Shown: piece after piece, positions 26,698-35,496 of the stretch
Layout: every line of letters begins with the position of its first letter
How positions within the stretch are numbered: the stretch's first letter is position 1
Assembly: GCA_034927285.1 (NCBI GenBank)
Contig: JAYFQF010000016.1
Location: 36,314 to 100,313 of the forward strand
Reading direction: 5' to 3'
From: Peptococcaceae bacterium
Lineage (GTDB): Bacteria; Bacillota; Peptococcia; DRI-13; UBA5745
Length of the DNA stretch: 64,000 nt
Notes under the pieces: model-generated
Told to the model about the DNA's origin: nothing
What the model saw: only the letters and a program-made list of their open reading frames with translations
The model's database searches: none
Program-made: the position numbers and the translations under genes

Positions 26698-26880
26698 GCA
26701 TGATACCGGGCCAAAACCTCACGATGCCGGATATCCGGCTAATGCCCGCATAATGCCGGATACCGGGCTAATGCCCGCATAATGCCGGATACCGGGCTAA
26801 AGCCTGCTTAATGCCGGATACCGGGCTTAAAGCCTGCTTACGCCATACCGGGCGAAAGCCGGCATATGCCGGGCAAAAAC
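26698..26880. repeat. about 29-bp tandem repeat, 5-6 copies (TAATGCCGGATACCGGGCTAATGCCCGCA)
   Basis: Units at 26722, 26750, 26779 and 26808, with degenerate flanking copies. Each unit holds CCGG-ATA-CCGG. Confidence 0.85.
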
Positions 26881-26978
26881 ATGATCGCTGATCCCTTTGC
26901 GGCGTAACCGGGCCACAGACTTCCCATTAATGATTGTATCATATAATCAGCCGCCGCCGGTTAGTCCAACCAAAATTA

Positions 26979-27200
26979 CGGTATCATGAGCTCCGCGAAT
27001 TTCACCATAATTCACCGCTCGTGGCGGGACCGGGCGACTGATGAAATTTAGGAGCCGGCCGCGTTTGAATCGGAAATTCATGGTATAATGAGGCCACGAA
27101 TCTCACCATAATTCACCGCTCATGGCGGGCCGGACGGCTTGAAAAGCCATAGGGCCGCTGCATTTAGGCAGTGTTTAAGCGTTTAAATGAAGAATTCATC
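26979..27200 (+). repeat. two chained promoter-like ~101-bp modules
   Basis: CGGTATCAT (26979) and TGGTATAAT (27081), each followed by GAG..(G)CGAAT.TCACCATAATTCACCGCTC.TGGCGGG and ending in GAAATTCA/GAAGAATTCA. Confidence 0.75.
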
Positions 27201-27223
27201 GGGTCCCTCAATAGGTTCCTCAC

Positions 27224-27490
27224 GGCTGATGACCTATGTTTACCGGAAAACCATTTTGTTTTTAAAGCAAATCCCGGTAAAACCTTCCCCAAAGGCCTGG
27301 TTTGGCCTTGATGCTGGCGACCTGGCCGGGGTTAAGTGGTGATTTCGAAAATTCGTCCTTTGAGGGAGAGCAAAAGAAAAGAATGTCTTCTCTTTAAGGA
27401 CGGCTGAAGAAATTTACCGGGATTTGCAGAAAAAACATAAGAAAATCCCGGTAAACATGGCTGGACTAGACGTTCTTGACTTCTTCGGCC
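27224..27490 (+). repeat. double-hairpin noncoding element, copy B
   Basis: See copy A. TIR ATGTTTACCGG (27236-27246) / CCGGTAAACAT (27448-27458). Confidence 0.85.
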
Positions 27491-27680
27491 TGGGCTTCTT
27501 CAGCCTTTGCTTACCGGTCGGAAATAAAGAGCCGGCGGAAAAAGCAAAATGCGGCCTTTGCGCGTCAAAAAACAAAATTTATGGCATAATAGACCAAAGG
27601 AATTATGCCGTGCTTCGTCCTCGGCGGCGGGCCCGCATTCAAACGTTTTTTTTATCATAACACAAAAGGGGTGTCATTTT

Positions 27681-28925
27681 ATGCACAATTCCATCACGGA
27701 TCCAAAAAAATTCCCCACCCAACAGCAGATGGAGCTTTACGCTTTATTAATGGTGAAAATGGGGATCAATCTGCAAAAAGGCATGCGGGTAGTGCTGCAG
27801 GCTCCCACCTTTGCCTGGGATTTCGTCCGGCTGCTGACGGAAACCTGTTATAAGGAAGGCGCCCTCCGGGTCTATCATGAGTTTACCGACGACGTGCTGA
27901 CCGGCATCCAGCTGCGCTACGGCGGGTTGGAGGCGGCGGAGTATCCCGGCTATGAAATGGACTTTTTCCTGGACAAATTCCGGGACAACGGCGCCTACAT
28001 CCGCCTGTATTCCCCCATTCCCCACGCCCTGGACGACGTGCCGCAAAACGTGGTTGACGCTTACACCGTCTCCAAGACCATAGCCCGAAAGGAAATTCAA
28101 AGGATCGTGGGGGACTTTGCTTCGCCCTGGCTGATCGCGGTCTACCCCAATCTGCCCTGGGCCAGGCAGGTTTATCCTGACTTAAACGACGAAGCCGCTT
28201 TGGCAAAGCTTTGGCAAGATCTTTTTGACTTCACCTTCGTCACCGGCGGCCGGCCCCTGGAGGCTCTGGAACGGCTGATCCTGGAAAGCCATGACCGGGT
28301 GGAAAAGCTGAACGCCTTTGCTTTCGAAAAGCTGGTCTACTCTTCGCCTACGGCAGACCTGACCATTCAGCTGCCCAAGGGCCATGTCTGGAACGGCGGC
28401 GCGGAGATGACTGCCGGCGGCGTCCGCTGCATGGCCAATATCCCCACCGCCGAGGTTTACACCAGTCCCGCAAAATATGGCGTCAACGGCTGGGTAAAAA
28501 ATACCAAGCCTTTGGTCAACGATGGCATTCTGATCGACGACTTTCGGCTGACCTTCAAAGACGGTAAAGTGGTAGACTGGAACTGCGGCAAAGGCGAAGG
28601 CCAGCTTCGGGCTATCCTCACCGCCGACGAAGGTTCTTCCTATCTGGGCGAGGTGGCCCTGGTGCCGGTGGATTCCCCCCTGGCAAAAGCCGGCGCCGTA
28701 TATTACAACACCCTGTTGGATGAAAACGCCTCCTGCCATCTGGCTTTAGGAGATTCCTTCGCCCTGTCCCTTTCTGCCGATGCGGATCCCCAGGAGCGGG
28801 CCAAGTTAAACCATAGCGACAAGCATGTAGACTTTATGATCGGCTCGGCGGAACTGGACATCCGGGGCGTCTGCGCAGACGGCAAAGAGGTACAAATCTT
28901 TCACAAAGGGCTTTGGGCTTTCTGA
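27681..28925 (+). CDS. aminopeptidase, M29 family (PepS/AmpS-like)
   Basis: MELYALLMVKMGINLQKGMRVVLQAPTFAWDFVRLLTETCYKEGA is typical of M29. AAAGGGG RBS. The upstream part of the track ORF is rejected. Confidence 0.85.
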   Translation: MHNSITDPKKFPTQQQMELYALLMVKMGINLQKGMRVVLQAPTFAWDFVRLLTETCYKEGALRVYHEFTDDVLTGIQLRYGGLEAAEYPGYEMDFFLDKFRDNGAYIRLYSPIPHALDDVPQNVVDAYTVSKTIARKEIQRIVGDFASPWLIAVYPNLPWARQVYPDLNDEAALAKLWQDLFDFTFVTGGRPLEALERLILESHDRVEKLNAFAFEKLVYSSPTADLTIQLPKGHVWNGGAEMTAGGVRCMANIPTAEVYTSPAKYGVNGWVKNTKPLVNDGILIDDFRLTFKDGKVVDWNCGKGEGQLRAILTADEGSSYLGEVALVPVDSPLAKAGAVYYNTLLDENASCHLALGDSFALSLSADADPQERAKLNHSDKHVDFMIGSAELDIRGVCADGKEVQIFHKGLWAF

Positions 28926-29334
28926 AGCTCCCTGCCCCGGGCAGGCTTCGGTATGCGGGAGCCCAGGCAGGCCTTTGACCAACGCATACCGAAGCCGATA
29001 TCTTCAAAAACCAGACGGGACATGGGATTCTTTCAGGAGGATACATTGTTCCGCTTTTTTTCTTTCGTTTCCTTAATTTCATCCATCAATCCGCTCCTCC
29101 GGCTGCATACATTAAACAGATACACATAAATCTAAGGAGGACGTTATAGAATCATTTAAGAAGGTATTTAGTAAACAGCAGATATGCCCGACAGAGTGGT
29201 GATGCAAGCATCCCCGATATTCTTTTATTGATATCTGCGGAAGTTTTAACATTTCGTTTATTTCCAGTGCCCCCTATTTATGGTATACTGGCATAAGTTA
29301 TTCTTGATTAACTCCGACGAAAGGATATTTCTTC

Positions 29335-30912
29335 ATGTCTGTATCCGAGGCCCCCGGAGCCTTTTCCAAAAGCATAAAACCGCTGGCCGCGGCGCTTTTG
29401 GCACTGTTGCTGTGCTGCTTTTTTCCTGCCCGGCCCGCTCTGGCGTTAAGCACCGGCGACCTGCAGTCCACGGCGGTAGTGTTGATGGACGCGGACACCG
29501 GACAGGTGCTGTTTCAGAAACAGATGGACCAAAAACACAAGCCGGCCAGCATCACAAAGGTCATGACCTGCCTTTTGGCTCTGGAAAAAGGAGACCTGAG
29601 CGACAGCTTTACCATGTCTTACGACGCGGTTTTCGATGTGCCCAGAGATTCCTCGAATGTGGCCCTGGATGTAGACGAGGAACTTTCCTTAAAGGACGCC
29701 CTCTACGGTTTGATGCTGGAATCTGCCAATGAGGCGGCCAACGGCATTGCCGAATATATCAGCGGCTCCATGACGGATTTTGCCAAGCTGATGACAAAAC
29801 GGGCCAAGGAACTGGGCGCGAAAAATACGAATTTTGCAAATGCCAACGGACTGGAAGACAAAGAACACTACACCACGGCCTACGATATGGCCATGATTAC
29901 CAGGGAAGCCGTCAAACAGCCGGGGTTTCTCACCGTCGTAGGCACCACCCGCTATGACATGGAGCCCACCAATAAGCAAAAGGATATCCGTAATTTCAAT
30001 AATAAAAACAAGATGATCTATGCCAACAATTCCTTCTACTACGAAGGGATCCTGGGGGGGAAAACCGGTTATACCAGCGCGGCGAAAAACACCTTGGTGG
30101 AAGTGGCCCGGCGGGAGGGGCGGACCCTGATCGCCGTGATGCTGCAGGCGCCCAGCGCCAACGCCACCTTTGACGACGCCAAGCTTCTGTTGGATTACGG
30201 CTTCGATTATTTTACCGCCTACCCCTTTTCCGATGAAGATTATCAGGAAAACTACAGCCTGCTTTTACATAAGGACGTTCCCGCCGACCAGGTCAAGCTG
30301 GACTATGCCGCTCCCGCGATGCGGGACGACGGCTCCAGCGCCGTGGAGGTAAAAATCAGCGTACCCACATCCTACAGCAAGCTGATGTACCCGGATCTGG
30401 GCACTTACACCCTGACCACGTCCCCGGCCGGGGACGCTTCAGGAACCGGCTCTGAGTCTGCGGACTCGGCGAAAACAGAATCCGCCGGCACTTTTTCCCG
30501 GCTCTTCGGCGGTCTGCCCGCTACGCTGCGGGTGATGTTAAAAGGACTTTTTTACCTGGCCCTGGTTTTGATACTGGCCGCCTGTTTTTTCCGTACCCGC
30601 CGTTATTTCCGGAGGCAAAAAAGGGCCGCCGCCAGGCAGCGCCGCCTGGAACGGGAGCAGCAGCGCCACCAGCAGGAGTATCATGCCCAGGGTTACGGCC
30701 GTGCCCCGGCCTCGGGCTTCCAGTCCGGCGGCAGCCGCCACGGCTTGCAGCAAAACCGCGGCTCCCAACAAAGCCGCAGTTCACAGCCAGGCCACGGTTT
30801 GCAGCAAAACCGCAGTCCTCAGCAAAACCACGGCCTGCAGCAGAGCCGCAGTTCCCAGCAAAGCCGCAGCCGGCAGCCGGATAATTCCCAAAGCCGCAGC
30901 CGCTATTATTAA
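29335..30912 (+). CDS. D-alanyl-D-alanine carboxypeptidase (serine-type PBP5/6 class) with TM and Q/R/S-rich tail
   Basis: Signal peptide and the SITK (SxxK), SAN (SxN) and KTG motifs. C-terminal repeats GLQQNR/SQQSRS. Confidence 0.85.
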   Translation: MSVSEAPGAFSKSIKPLAAALLALLLCCFFPARPALALSTGDLQSTAVVLMDADTGQVLFQKQMDQKHKPASITKVMTCLLALEKGDLSDSFTMSYDAVFDVPRDSSNVALDVDEELSLKDALYGLMLESANEAANGIAEYISGSMTDFAKLMTKRAKELGAKNTNFANANGLEDKEHYTTAYDMAMITREAVKQPGFLTVVGTTRYDMEPTNKQKDIRNFNNKNKMIYANNSFYYEGILGGKTGYTSAAKNTLVEVARREGRTLIAVMLQAPSANATFDDAKLLLDYGFDYFTAYPFSDEDYQENYSLLLHKDVPADQVKLDYAAPAMRDDGSSAVEVKISVPTSYSKLMYPDLGTYTLTTSPAGDASGTGSESADSAKTESAGTFSRLFGGLPATLRVMLKGLFYLALVLILAACFFRTRRYFRRQKRAAARQRRLEREQQRHQQEYHAQGYGRAPASGFQSGGSRHGLQQNRGSQQSRSSQPGHGLQQNRSPQQNHGLQQSRSSQQSRSRQPDNSQSRSRYY

Positions 30913-31107
30913 GCGGCAGTTTTTGCCGGGTTCTGTTCAAATATGCCCATTATCCCAGCGAGCTTAAATCGGCGCCGGGGTGGCGGTAGGCACGTCGGCC
31001 GCCAAAGAACCGGCCTGCCATTTCGCCGTATTCTACGGTTTCTCTAGGGCCTGCCGGCCACTGAACTGCCGGCGAAATTTTATCCGGTTGTCCCCCGCAA
31101 AAAATTC

Positions 31108-31136
31108 TTGCAAAGACTTGCTCTCCCATGTATAAT
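31108..31136 (+). promoter_or_regulatory. promoter TTGCAA-17-TATAAT
   Basis: Hexamers at 31108-31113 and 31131-31136. Confidence 0.55.
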
Positions 31137-31446
31137 GCTAATCAAGGTTTTGGAATGCGCCATGTTAGGGCCTTTGGGCATCGTAGCACAGTAGGGCGGT
31201 TCCTCACCGGATTACGATAGGCCGGAGTTTGGCCTAAGCCAAGATGTAGAACGGAAGGATGGTTTAAATGAACAGGTATTTTATGTGTTTCAGGCATTGT
31301 ATGTTCCTGCAGCGTCCTCGTTGCGCGGGAGCCGGCGGCCTGTTTTTTTATTGCCTTTGACAGATGATTTTTTCTCCCGGCCGGATGCCGCGCCAAAAAA
31401 GTCTGCGGTCCGGCCCTAAAAAAATAATTTGTTGGAGGGAATAGAA
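31137..31446 (+). other. about 310-nt 5' leader of the SSS symporter, class unknown
   Basis: Local hairpins (TAGGCC-ggagttt-GGCCTA, CGGT-tcctc-ACCG), a T7 run at 31343-31349, and GGCCGGA..CCGC/GCGG.TCCGGCC hairpin at 31378-31418. No known riboswitch consensus recognised. Confidence 0.3.
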
Positions 31447-33000
31447 ATGATCGTTAAACTTTTATTAGTCATCGCCTTTTTTTGTTCCATGGTGGCGGTG
31501 GGCATTTACTCCCGCAAACATGCCACCGACGTCTCGGGGTTTGTTTTGGGCAACCGCTCCGTAGGTCCCTGGCTTACCGCCTTCGCATACGGGACATCTT
31601 ACTTTTCCGCCGTGGTCTTTGTGGGCTATGCCGGTCAGTTCGGCTGGAAATACGGCCTGGCTTCCACCTGGATCGGCCTGGGCAATGCCGTCATCGGCAG
31701 CCTGCTGGCCTGGGTCATCCTGGGCCGCCGGACCAGGATCATGTCCAATCACCTGCAGGCGGCCACCATGCCGGAGTTCTTTGGCAAGAGATATAACAGC
31801 AAGGCGCTGAAAATCGTCTCTTCCGCCATTATCTTCATCTTCCTGGTCCCTTACACCGCTTCCATTTATAACGGCTTGTCCCGGCTTTTCGCCATCGCTT
31901 TTGATATTCCTTACAGCTGGTGTGTGGTTCTGATGGCTGTGCTGACCGGCGCATACGTTATCCTGGGCGGCTATATGGCCACGGCTATTAATGACTTCAT
32001 CCAGGGCATCATCATGCTGGCAGGCATCGTGGCCGTCATCTGGGCCGTGTTAAGCGGCCAGGGCGGCTTTACCGAAGCGGTCCGCCAATTGGCCCAGCTG
32101 CCCAGCGATGTGCCCGTTACCCTGGGCCAGCCCGGCGCCTTCACTTCTTTTTTCGGCCCGGATCCGCTGAACCTTTTGGGTGTGGTGATCCTTACTTCAC
32201 TGGGCACCTGGGGCCTGCCTCAGATGGTCCATAAATTCTACACCATTAAAAGCGAAAAGGCCGTGTCTACCGGCACCATCATTTCCACCCTCTTTGCCGT
32301 GGTCATCGCCGGCGGCAGTTACTTCCTGGGCGGCTTTGGCCGGCTTTTCGACAATCCCGCCATCTACAATCAGCAAGGGGCCGTGGTCTACGACAGCATT
32401 ATCCCTTTTATGCTTTCTTCTCTGCCGGATATCCTGATCGGCGTTGTGGTGGTGCTGGTGCTTTCCGCTTCCATGTCCACCCTTTCCGCCCTGGTGCTGA
32501 CCTCCAGTTCCACCTTGACTCTGGATTTCCTGAAGGACAATATCATCAAAAATATGAATGAAAAAACTCAGCTTCTGCTGATGCGGATTCTGGTGGTCTT
32601 TTTCATTCTGGTTTCCGTGGTTATCGCCCTGGACCCCCCCACCTTTATTGCCCAGCTGATGGGCATCTCCTGGGGGGCTTTGGCCGGAGCTTTTCTGGCG
32701 CCCTTTCTCTACGGCTTATATGGCAAATGGGTCACCAGGAAGGCGGTCTGGGCCAGCTTTATTGCCGGCGTAGGCATCACGGTTTCCAATATGTTTTTTC
32801 ACTTCATCGCTTCCCCCATTAACGCCGGCGCCCTGGCTATGCTGGCCGGGCTGGTGATCGTTCCTTTGGTCAGCCTGTTTACCCAGAACCCCTACTGCTC
32901 CACCATCGACGCCACTTTTGCCTGCTATGAGGAAAAGGTTCTGGTGCCAAAGAAGGTAGCCCTTGCCTACGGCATCGAAGGCGAGACGGCAGAGCAATAA
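31447..33000 (+). CDS. sodium:solute symporter (SSS) family transporter
   Basis: Polytopic membrane protein. N-terminus GFVLGNRSVGPWLTAFAYGTSYFSAVVFVGYAG is typical of SSS. GGAGGG RBS. Confidence 0.85.
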   Translation: MIVKLLLVIAFFCSMVAVGIYSRKHATDVSGFVLGNRSVGPWLTAFAYGTSYFSAVVFVGYAGQFGWKYGLASTWIGLGNAVIGSLLAWVILGRRTRIMSNHLQAATMPEFFGKRYNSKALKIVSSAIIFIFLVPYTASIYNGLSRLFAIAFDIPYSWCVVLMAVLTGAYVILGGYMATAINDFIQGIIMLAGIVAVIWAVLSGQGGFTEAVRQLAQLPSDVPVTLGQPGAFTSFFGPDPLNLLGVVILTSLGTWGLPQMVHKFYTIKSEKAVSTGTIISTLFAVVIAGGSYFLGGFGRLFDNPAIYNQQGAVVYDSIIPFMLSSLPDILIGVVVVLVLSASMSTLSALVLTSSSTLTLDFLKDNIIKNMNEKTQLLLMRILVVFFILVSVVIALDPPTFIAQLMGISWGALAGAFLAPFLYGLYGKWVTRKAVWASFIAGVGITVSNMFFHFIASPINAGALAMLAGLVIVPLVSLFTQNPYCSTIDATFACYEEKVLVPKKVALAYGIEGETAEQ

Positions 33001-33170
33001 GGAATCCGACTCTTGTCCAATACGGCACAATACTCAAGGCTGCTTCGGCAGGTTTTCCAAACCCGTCCGGAGCAGCCTTACGCTATCCCTGACCTGCCTT
33101 ATTCTTTCCGGTTCCGCCAGACCATCGGCCATAACGCAGGCCTCGGCCATAACGGCGCCGGCCCGCTATT

Positions 33171-33425
33171 CTAATGTTTTTCCCGGGCATACTTCTGCTT
33201 CGTGGCCTCTCCGCCCCGGAGATGCCGCTCCGCTTTGTTCTGTTCCAGAACCGCCTTGGCTTTTGACGCCATTTCCTTGTTGATGGTCGGCAGTCTTTCC
33301 GTCAGGTCCTTGTGGACCGTGGATTTTGACACGCCGAACACCTGGGCCGTCTGCCGAACGGTAGACTCCGTATCCAACATATAATTGCATACTTCCAGAA
33401 CTCTTTTTCTTATATATTCCTGCAT
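33171..33425 (-). CDS. spoIIID: sporulation transcriptional regulator SpoIIID
   Basis: MQEYIRKRVLEVCNYMLDTESTVRQTAQVFGVSKSTVHKDLTERLP. Confidence 0.9.
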   Translation of the reverse strand: MQEYIRKRVLEVCNYMLDTESTVRQTAQVFGVSKSTVHKDLTERLPTINKEMASKAKAVLEQNKAERHLRGGEATKQKYAREKH

Positions 33426-33684
33426 CCTGCCATCCCCCCGCGCCTGCCCAAATTTTCCTTACATATTATGTAAAGAAGCGAGGATGTAGAACCAGGAAAG
33501 TCCTTGACAAATCCCTCCGGCAAGCATATGGTTTATTTCACACCGGCATGGGCAAAGGGCTTTCGCTGTGGTAAACTATCTCCATAAGCGTATTAATCAG
33601 CTTGATCGGAAGGAACCGGGGCGCCGAAAAATCAGCCGGCGCCGCTTTGCCCGGGGTTTTGCATCAGGGGAGGAAGAACCAGCC

Positions 33685-34782
33685 ATGCGCGCAAGAGAAA
33701 AAGGGATCCTCATCGGCCGGATGGCCCCCGGCCCATTAAATAAAATCAGCGATGTGCCCGGCGTCCGGGTAGGCCACTATACCCTGGATACGGAAAAGTA
33801 TAAGACCGGCGTTACCGTTGTGCTGCCCTGTCCCGACAGCCCTTATGACAGGCCGCTGACCGCCGCCTCCTTTGTATTTAACGGCTTCGGCAAAACCACC
33901 GGCCTTTTACAGGTGGATGAACTGGGCAGCCTGGAAACCCCCGTGGCCCTGACCGGCACCCTGAACGTGGGGCTGGTTCACGATGCCCTGGTGGAATACA
34001 CCATCCGTCAGAGTCCCCAGCCGGTAAAAACCGTAAACCCCCTGGTTTGTGAATGCAACGATTCCGGCTTAAGCTTCAGCGCGGACCGGCCGGTGAAAAA
34101 GGAGCATGTTTTTGCCGCCATCGAAAGCGCCGGCGCAGATTTTGCCGAAGGGGACGTGGGAGCAGGCAAAGGCCTGCGCTGCCACGGGCTGAAGGGCGGC
34201 ATCGGCAGCGCTTCCCGGATCGTGAAGCTGGAGGGCGCCGGAAAATCCCCGCAGGAGGAAGCCCGGCAGGGCGGTGTGCCGTCACAGGGGCCCTCCCCAG
34301 GGGAAGCCCTGCCCGAAGCATCGTATACCCTGGGGGTACTGATCCAGACCAACCACGGCAGCTTGCCGGATCTATGTCTTGCCGGACTGCCGGCAGGCCG
34401 AAAAATTGCCGCCAGGCTTCAGGCTGAGGGAGAAGACAAAGGCTCCGTCATCGTGGTGGCGGCCACCGACGCCCCCTTATCCGACCGGCAGCTGCGCCGG
34501 GTGCTGAAACGGGCAGTTACGGGGCTGGCCCGGGCAGGCTCTTATTTTGGTTCCGGCAGCGGCGACGTCTTCGTGGGCTTTTCCACCTGCGCGGCCAACC
34601 GCATCCCCCGGGAGGGGCCTGCTCTGCGCATGGTTCAGCTATTGGCGGAAGATCAATTGGACCTGTTTTTCCGGGCTATGGCCGAAGCCACCGAGGAAGC
34701 TTTAGTGAATTCTCTGCTGGCTGCCGGACCCGTGACCGGCTTCGACGGCCGCCGCGTCCGCAGCTTGCCGGAGTTTATTTGA
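33685..34782 (+). CDS. P1/DmpA-family aminopeptidase (S58)
   Basis: ISDVPGVRVGHYTL...TGVTVVL. GGGGAGGAAG RBS before MRAREKG. About 30-aa low-complexity insert at 34231-34320. Confidence 0.8.
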   Translation: MRAREKGILIGRMAPGPLNKISDVPGVRVGHYTLDTEKYKTGVTVVLPCPDSPYDRPLTAASFVFNGFGKTTGLLQVDELGSLETPVALTGTLNVGLVHDALVEYTIRQSPQPVKTVNPLVCECNDSGLSFSADRPVKKEHVFAAIESAGADFAEGDVGAGKGLRCHGLKGGIGSASRIVKLEGAGKSPQEEARQGGVPSQGPSPGEALPEASYTLGVLIQTNHGSLPDLCLAGLPAGRKIAARLQAEGEDKGSVIVVAATDAPLSDRQLRRVLKRAVTGLARAGSYFGSGSGDVFVGFSTCAANRIPREGPALRMVQLLAEDQLDLFFRAMAEATEEALVNSLLAAGPVTGFDGRRVRSLPEFI

Positions 34783-34969
34783 CTTCCAGCGCTTAAATTA
34801 CAGGACCGGCAAAAAAAGCAAGGCCCCATGTCCCGCGCCATCCTTATTCCCGCCGAATTCACCGCCGTCTTTACGCAAGGGTTTCGGCCCATGAGCAGGC
34901 ACCAAACGGCCTCTCCCCGCATAAGCAGTAATTGGGGCACGAAATTATACTGGAGGTGCTTTCCTTTCC

Positions 34970-35239
34970 ATGGAAGAACGATATTATGTCATCGTTTTCC
35001 CCAACGCCCATACTGCTATGGCCGCGCAAAAGCGATTAAACGACAGGCAGATCCCTATCTTCATGATGCCTACCCTGCGTGAGCTTTCCGACAGCTGCGG
35101 CCTGTCCATCCGATTTTTGCCGGCGGACCTGTACCGGGTCCGGCAGGCTCTTGCCGAAGACGACCTTCTGCGGGAGCGGTGCCAGCTTTACCTGGTCCGG
35201 CACAGGGACAACGGCCGCCGCCTGATTGAAAAAGCTTAA
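34970..35239 (+). CDS. DUF3343 domain protein
   Basis: YYVIVFPNAHTAMAAQKRLNDRQIPIFMMPTLRELSDSCGLSIRF. Confidence 0.75.
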   Translation: MEERYYVIVFPNAHTAMAAQKRLNDRQIPIFMMPTLRELSDSCGLSIRFLPADLYRVRQALAEDDLLRERCQLYLVRHRDNGRRLIEKA

Positions 35240-35258
35240 TCCCTCTCCCCGGCGAAAC

Positions 35259-35314
35259 GAAAGGGCGGACCGTATCTCGTTTTTACAAAACGTTTTACGG
35301 CCCGCCCTTTTCCA
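35259..35314. terminator. bidirectional terminator hairpin
   Basis: GAAAGGGCGGACCGTA...TACGGCCCGCCCTTTTC. Confidence 0.6.
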
Positions 35315-35496
35315 AAACGCGCTCTTCAATTTAAACGTAACCTCAGCTTACCGCCACGGCCCCTTAGGCTTTGCCCCGCTTATCTTGTTTGCCTCTGCAA
35401 GGCTTGCTCAAAGCGGGCCGTCTTTCCTGGCGATCAGCCGCCGAAGGGGTTTTTCGGCTTCAATTCGCCCGGGATCTCAACGGCCGCCTTGCCCGG

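Noticed and set aside
26698-26880. Possible CRISPR array (29-bp repeats); likewise 6411-6585.
   Set aside because: The units are contiguous with no unique spacers, they degenerate at the ends, and no cas genes are present in the window.
31268-31360. 30-aa Cys-rich leader peptide (MNRYFMCFRHCMFLQRPRCAGAGGLFFYCL) in the symporter leader, with AAGGA 8 nt upstream.
   Set aside because: There is no supporting homology, and the composition looks like a chance frame through GC-rich hairpin sequence. It is kept only as a remote possibility.
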